From Gemmatimonadales bacterium (GTDB taxonomy: Bacteria; Gemmatimonadota; Gemmatimonadetes; Gemmatimonadales; GWC2-71-9): DNA of 64,000 nt. The notes under the pieces were generated by a model. That model searched no databases. It was not told the origin of the DNA and saw only the letters and a program-made list of their open reading frames with translations. The stretch spans positions 8,331 to 72,330 of the forward strand of contig DATBSO010000071.1 in NCBI GenBank assembly GCA_036559745.1, read 5' to 3'. A program made the position numbers and the translations under genes. Positions 61,967-64,000 of this stretch are shown in pieces; within the stretch, counting starts at the first letter, position 1, and each line of letters opens with the position of its first letter.

Positions 61967-63676
61967 ATGCGCCCAGCGCTCGGCCGGTTCGCTCGCGCAT
62001 TACCCATGGCGCTCGTCCTCGCGGGCTGCCGTCCCGAGCCGCTCGCCTCCGGGCGGCCGCCGTGGGACACCTTCGTCTCCGGGTTTCTCGAGACCTATTT
62101 CAAGAACAATCCGACCGTCGCGGTCGACCGGGGCCGCCACGAGTTCGATGGACGGCTCCCCGACTGGAGCGAGACGGGATTGAAGACGTGGATCGCGCGG
62201 CTGCACCAGCTCCGCGACAGCGCGGCGGCGTTTCCCCTCCCGGAGTCGGACACCACGCGCCGTTTCGAGCGCGACTATCTCATATCGAGAATCGACCAGG
62301 ATCTCTTCTGGCGTGAAAAGGCCGACTGGCCGCATCGGAACCCGGAGTTCTACTCCAGCGCCATCGATCCGAGTACGTATGTCACTCGTGAGTACGCCCC
62401 GGCAGCCGATCGGATGAGGGCGTTCTCCCGCTATGCCGGCAATCTGCCGGCCGCACTGGCCCGCGTCCGGTCCAACATCCGGACACCGATGCCGAAGGCG
62501 TACGCGCAGATCGCCTTCGGACGCGCCTCCGGCCTCGCGGAGTATCTGGAGATCTCCGTTCCCCAGGCCTTTGCGGACGTGTCCGACAACACGCTGCGCC
62601 GGGAGTTCGATTCCACCCGCACGCGCGCCGCCACGGCGCTGCACGAGATGGCCACATGGTTCAGGGAGGAGGGCAAGCGAGGCACTGATGCGTATGCCAT
62701 CGGGCCCGAGCGCTTCTCCGAGATGCTGAGGATGACCGAGGGCGTGGATGTCCCGCTCGACTCGCTCGAGCGCCGCGGCCGCGAGGACCTGGACAGGAAT
62801 CTCGCGGCCCTCAAGGACGCCTGTGCAGGCTTCGCGCCCGGGGCGACGCTCGGAGCGTGCGTTCGCCGGATGAACGCGCATAAAGTGCCGGGGAGTCCGG
62901 TGGCGACTGCGCGACGGCAACTCGACACGCTCGAGGCATTCGTCAAAGCCAAGGATCTGGTGTCGGTGCCCGGCACCGAGCGCGCGGAGGTCCGCGAGGC
63001 GCCGCCGTACAAACGGTTCAACTTCGCCTACATCGACATCCCTGGAGCGTACGAGAAGAATCTCCCCTCGATCTACTACATCGCGCCGGCCGATCCCGCG
63101 TGGCCCAGGGAGAAGCAGCAGGCCTATGTCCCCGGCATCGCCGATCTGTTCTTTGTCAGCGTACACGAGGTGTGGCCCGGGCACTTCCTCAATCTCCTGC
63201 ACTCCAATCGGGTGGGCTCGACGTTCGCTCGGGTCTTCGTGGGATACGCCTATGCCGAAGGGTGGGCGCACTACGCCGAGGAGATGATGTGGGATGCCGG
63301 GTTCGGCGATGGCAGTCCCGAGATGCATATCGGCCAGCTCACCAACGCCCTCATGCGCGACGTGCGCTTCTTGTCGGCGATCGGTCTGCACGCCAGAGGC
63401 ATGACCGTGGCGGAATCGGAACGGCTGTTCAGGGAGGAGGCCTTCAAGGACGCCGGTGGCGCCGAGCAACAGGCGCTGCGCGGCACGTACGATCCGGCGT
63501 ACCTCAACTACACGCTGGGGAAGATGATGATCCGGAAGCTCCGGGATGACTGGACCGCCACGCGAGGTGGCCGGGACGCATGGCGGGACTTCCACGACCG
63601 CTTTCTGAGCTACGGCGGTCCACCCCTCCCGCTGGTGAGAAAGGCGATGCTCGGCGACGCGAAGGGGCTGCTCTAG
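61967..63676 (+). CDS. DUF885-family lipoprotein (putative metallopeptidase-like)
   Basis: The ATG at 61967 gives MRPALGRFARALPMALVLAGC (lipobox). HEVWPGHF and EGWAHY motifs fit my memory of DUF885. The 5' two-thirds of the 1260-aa track ORF is antisense to the two-component genes and was discarded. Confidence 0.75.
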   Translation: MRPALGRFARALPMALVLAGCRPEPLASGRPPWDTFVSGFLETYFKNNPTVAVDRGRHEFDGRLPDWSETGLKTWIARLHQLRDSAAAFPLPESDTTRRFERDYLISRIDQDLFWREKADWPHRNPEFYSSAIDPSTYVTREYAPAADRMRAFSRYAGNLPAALARVRSNIRTPMPKAYAQIAFGRASGLAEYLEISVPQAFADVSDNTLRREFDSTRTRAATALHEMATWFREEGKRGTDAYAIGPERFSEMLRMTEGVDVPLDSLERRGREDLDRNLAALKDACAGFAPGATLGACVRRMNAHKVPGSPVATARRQLDTLEAFVKAKDLVSVPGTERAEVREAPPYKRFNFAYIDIPGAYEKNLPSIYYIAPADPAWPREKQQAYVPGIADLFFVSVHEVWPGHFLNLLHSNRVGSTFARVFVGYAYAEGWAHYAEEMMWDAGFGDGSPEMHIGQLTNALMRDVRFLSAIGLHARGMTVAESERLFREEAFKDAGGAEQQALRGTYDPAYLNYTLGKMMIRKLRDDWTATRGGRDAWRDFHDRFLSYGGPPLPLVRKAMLGDAKGLL

Positions 63677-63677
63677 T

Positions 63678-64000
63678 CTACGGCAGCGGCCAGGGTGGAA
63701 GCTGGCCGTTCGGCGTCAGCGTGTCGATCAGGCTCGGCAGCGCGGTGGCGACCGCCACGCTGACCCTTCCGGTGGTCGTCCCGAGCTTGGCGGCGAGCTG
63801 CTCGAGGCGTGTGGCGCCGAGGACCCGCTGTACCTGTGGTGGGGAAATGGGCTGATTGGGGCCGGGTCCGATCCATGACGCCATCATCCGGCCGAGCCCT
63901 GCTGCATAAAAGGCTTGTGCCAGACCGGACACCCCGCCGACCTGCGGATCGTTGAGCAAGGCCGTGAGGTGGTTCTGAAGGTCCGGGGGCAGCCCCGCGG
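63678..64000 (-). CDS. YidB/DUF937-like protein, C-terminal part (5' end beyond the window)
   Basis: ...GLAQAFYAAGLGRMMASWIGPGPNQPISPPQVQRVLG...LPSLIDTLTPNGQLP resembles the YidB family. The frame stays open upstream of the track TTG start through position 64000. Confidence 0.6.
   Translation of the reverse strand, partial: AGLPPDLQNHLTALLNDPQVGGVSGLAQAFYAAGLGRMMASWIGPGPNQPISPPQVQRVLGATRLEQLAAKLGTTTGRVSVAVATALPSLIDTLTPNGQLPPWPLP

Noticed and set aside
62000-63595. 531-aa minus-strand ORF
   Set aside because: It is antisense to the DUF885 gene.

Overview
This is a clearly high-GC, densely coding bacterial chromosomal segment. GC content was not computed. The taxon cannot be proven from sequence alone, but the gene content and style resemble Gemmatimonadota, Acidobacteriota or Myxococcota. 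I support about 60 protein-coding genes and saw no rRNA, tRNA, CRISPR array, transposase or integrase. Many long ORFs in the six-frame track are antisense or out-of-frame artefacts of high GC, and many track ORFs carry spurious N-terminal extensions. I trimmed those to the start that fits signal peptides, Shine-Dalgarno (SD) sequences and stop/start overlaps.

Housekeeping genes include gyrA, hemA, hemH, thyX, glgC, rnhA, selD, a thiolase, hbd, hsp20, an EF-G2-type paralog, an ABC exporter and a family-5 solute-binding protein.

The most interesting points are:
1. A tightly coupled minus-strand operon (16069-19812) encodes two Ddl-like ATP-grasp ligases, a GNAT acetyltransferase and a KamA-family radical-SAM aminomutase. 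It matches no described beta-lysine pathway I know and may make an acetylated beta-amino-acid peptide.
2. A lipoprotein + TPR-protein module occurs twice, each copy downstream of a near-identical sigma54 promoter. One copy sits with a GAFTGA enhancer-binding protein that has a pseudo-receiver domain. The other is fused to an HD-GYP output domain.
3. A six-gene ECF sigma / anti-sigma / 2x HEAT-repeat / 2x paralogous lipoprotein cluster.
4. A Tat-exported NirK-like cupredoxin gene whose signal peptide and catalytic domains are in different frames, meeting at a G6 run.
5. An EF-G2 paralog with degenerate G2, G3 and G4 motifs.
6. selD translationally coupled to an uncharacterised repeat protein.
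7. Two long hairpins built from tandem repeats, a histone H1-like protein, and a hairpin that sequesters the hemA start codon.

All functional calls come from motif recognition by eye, without database searches.
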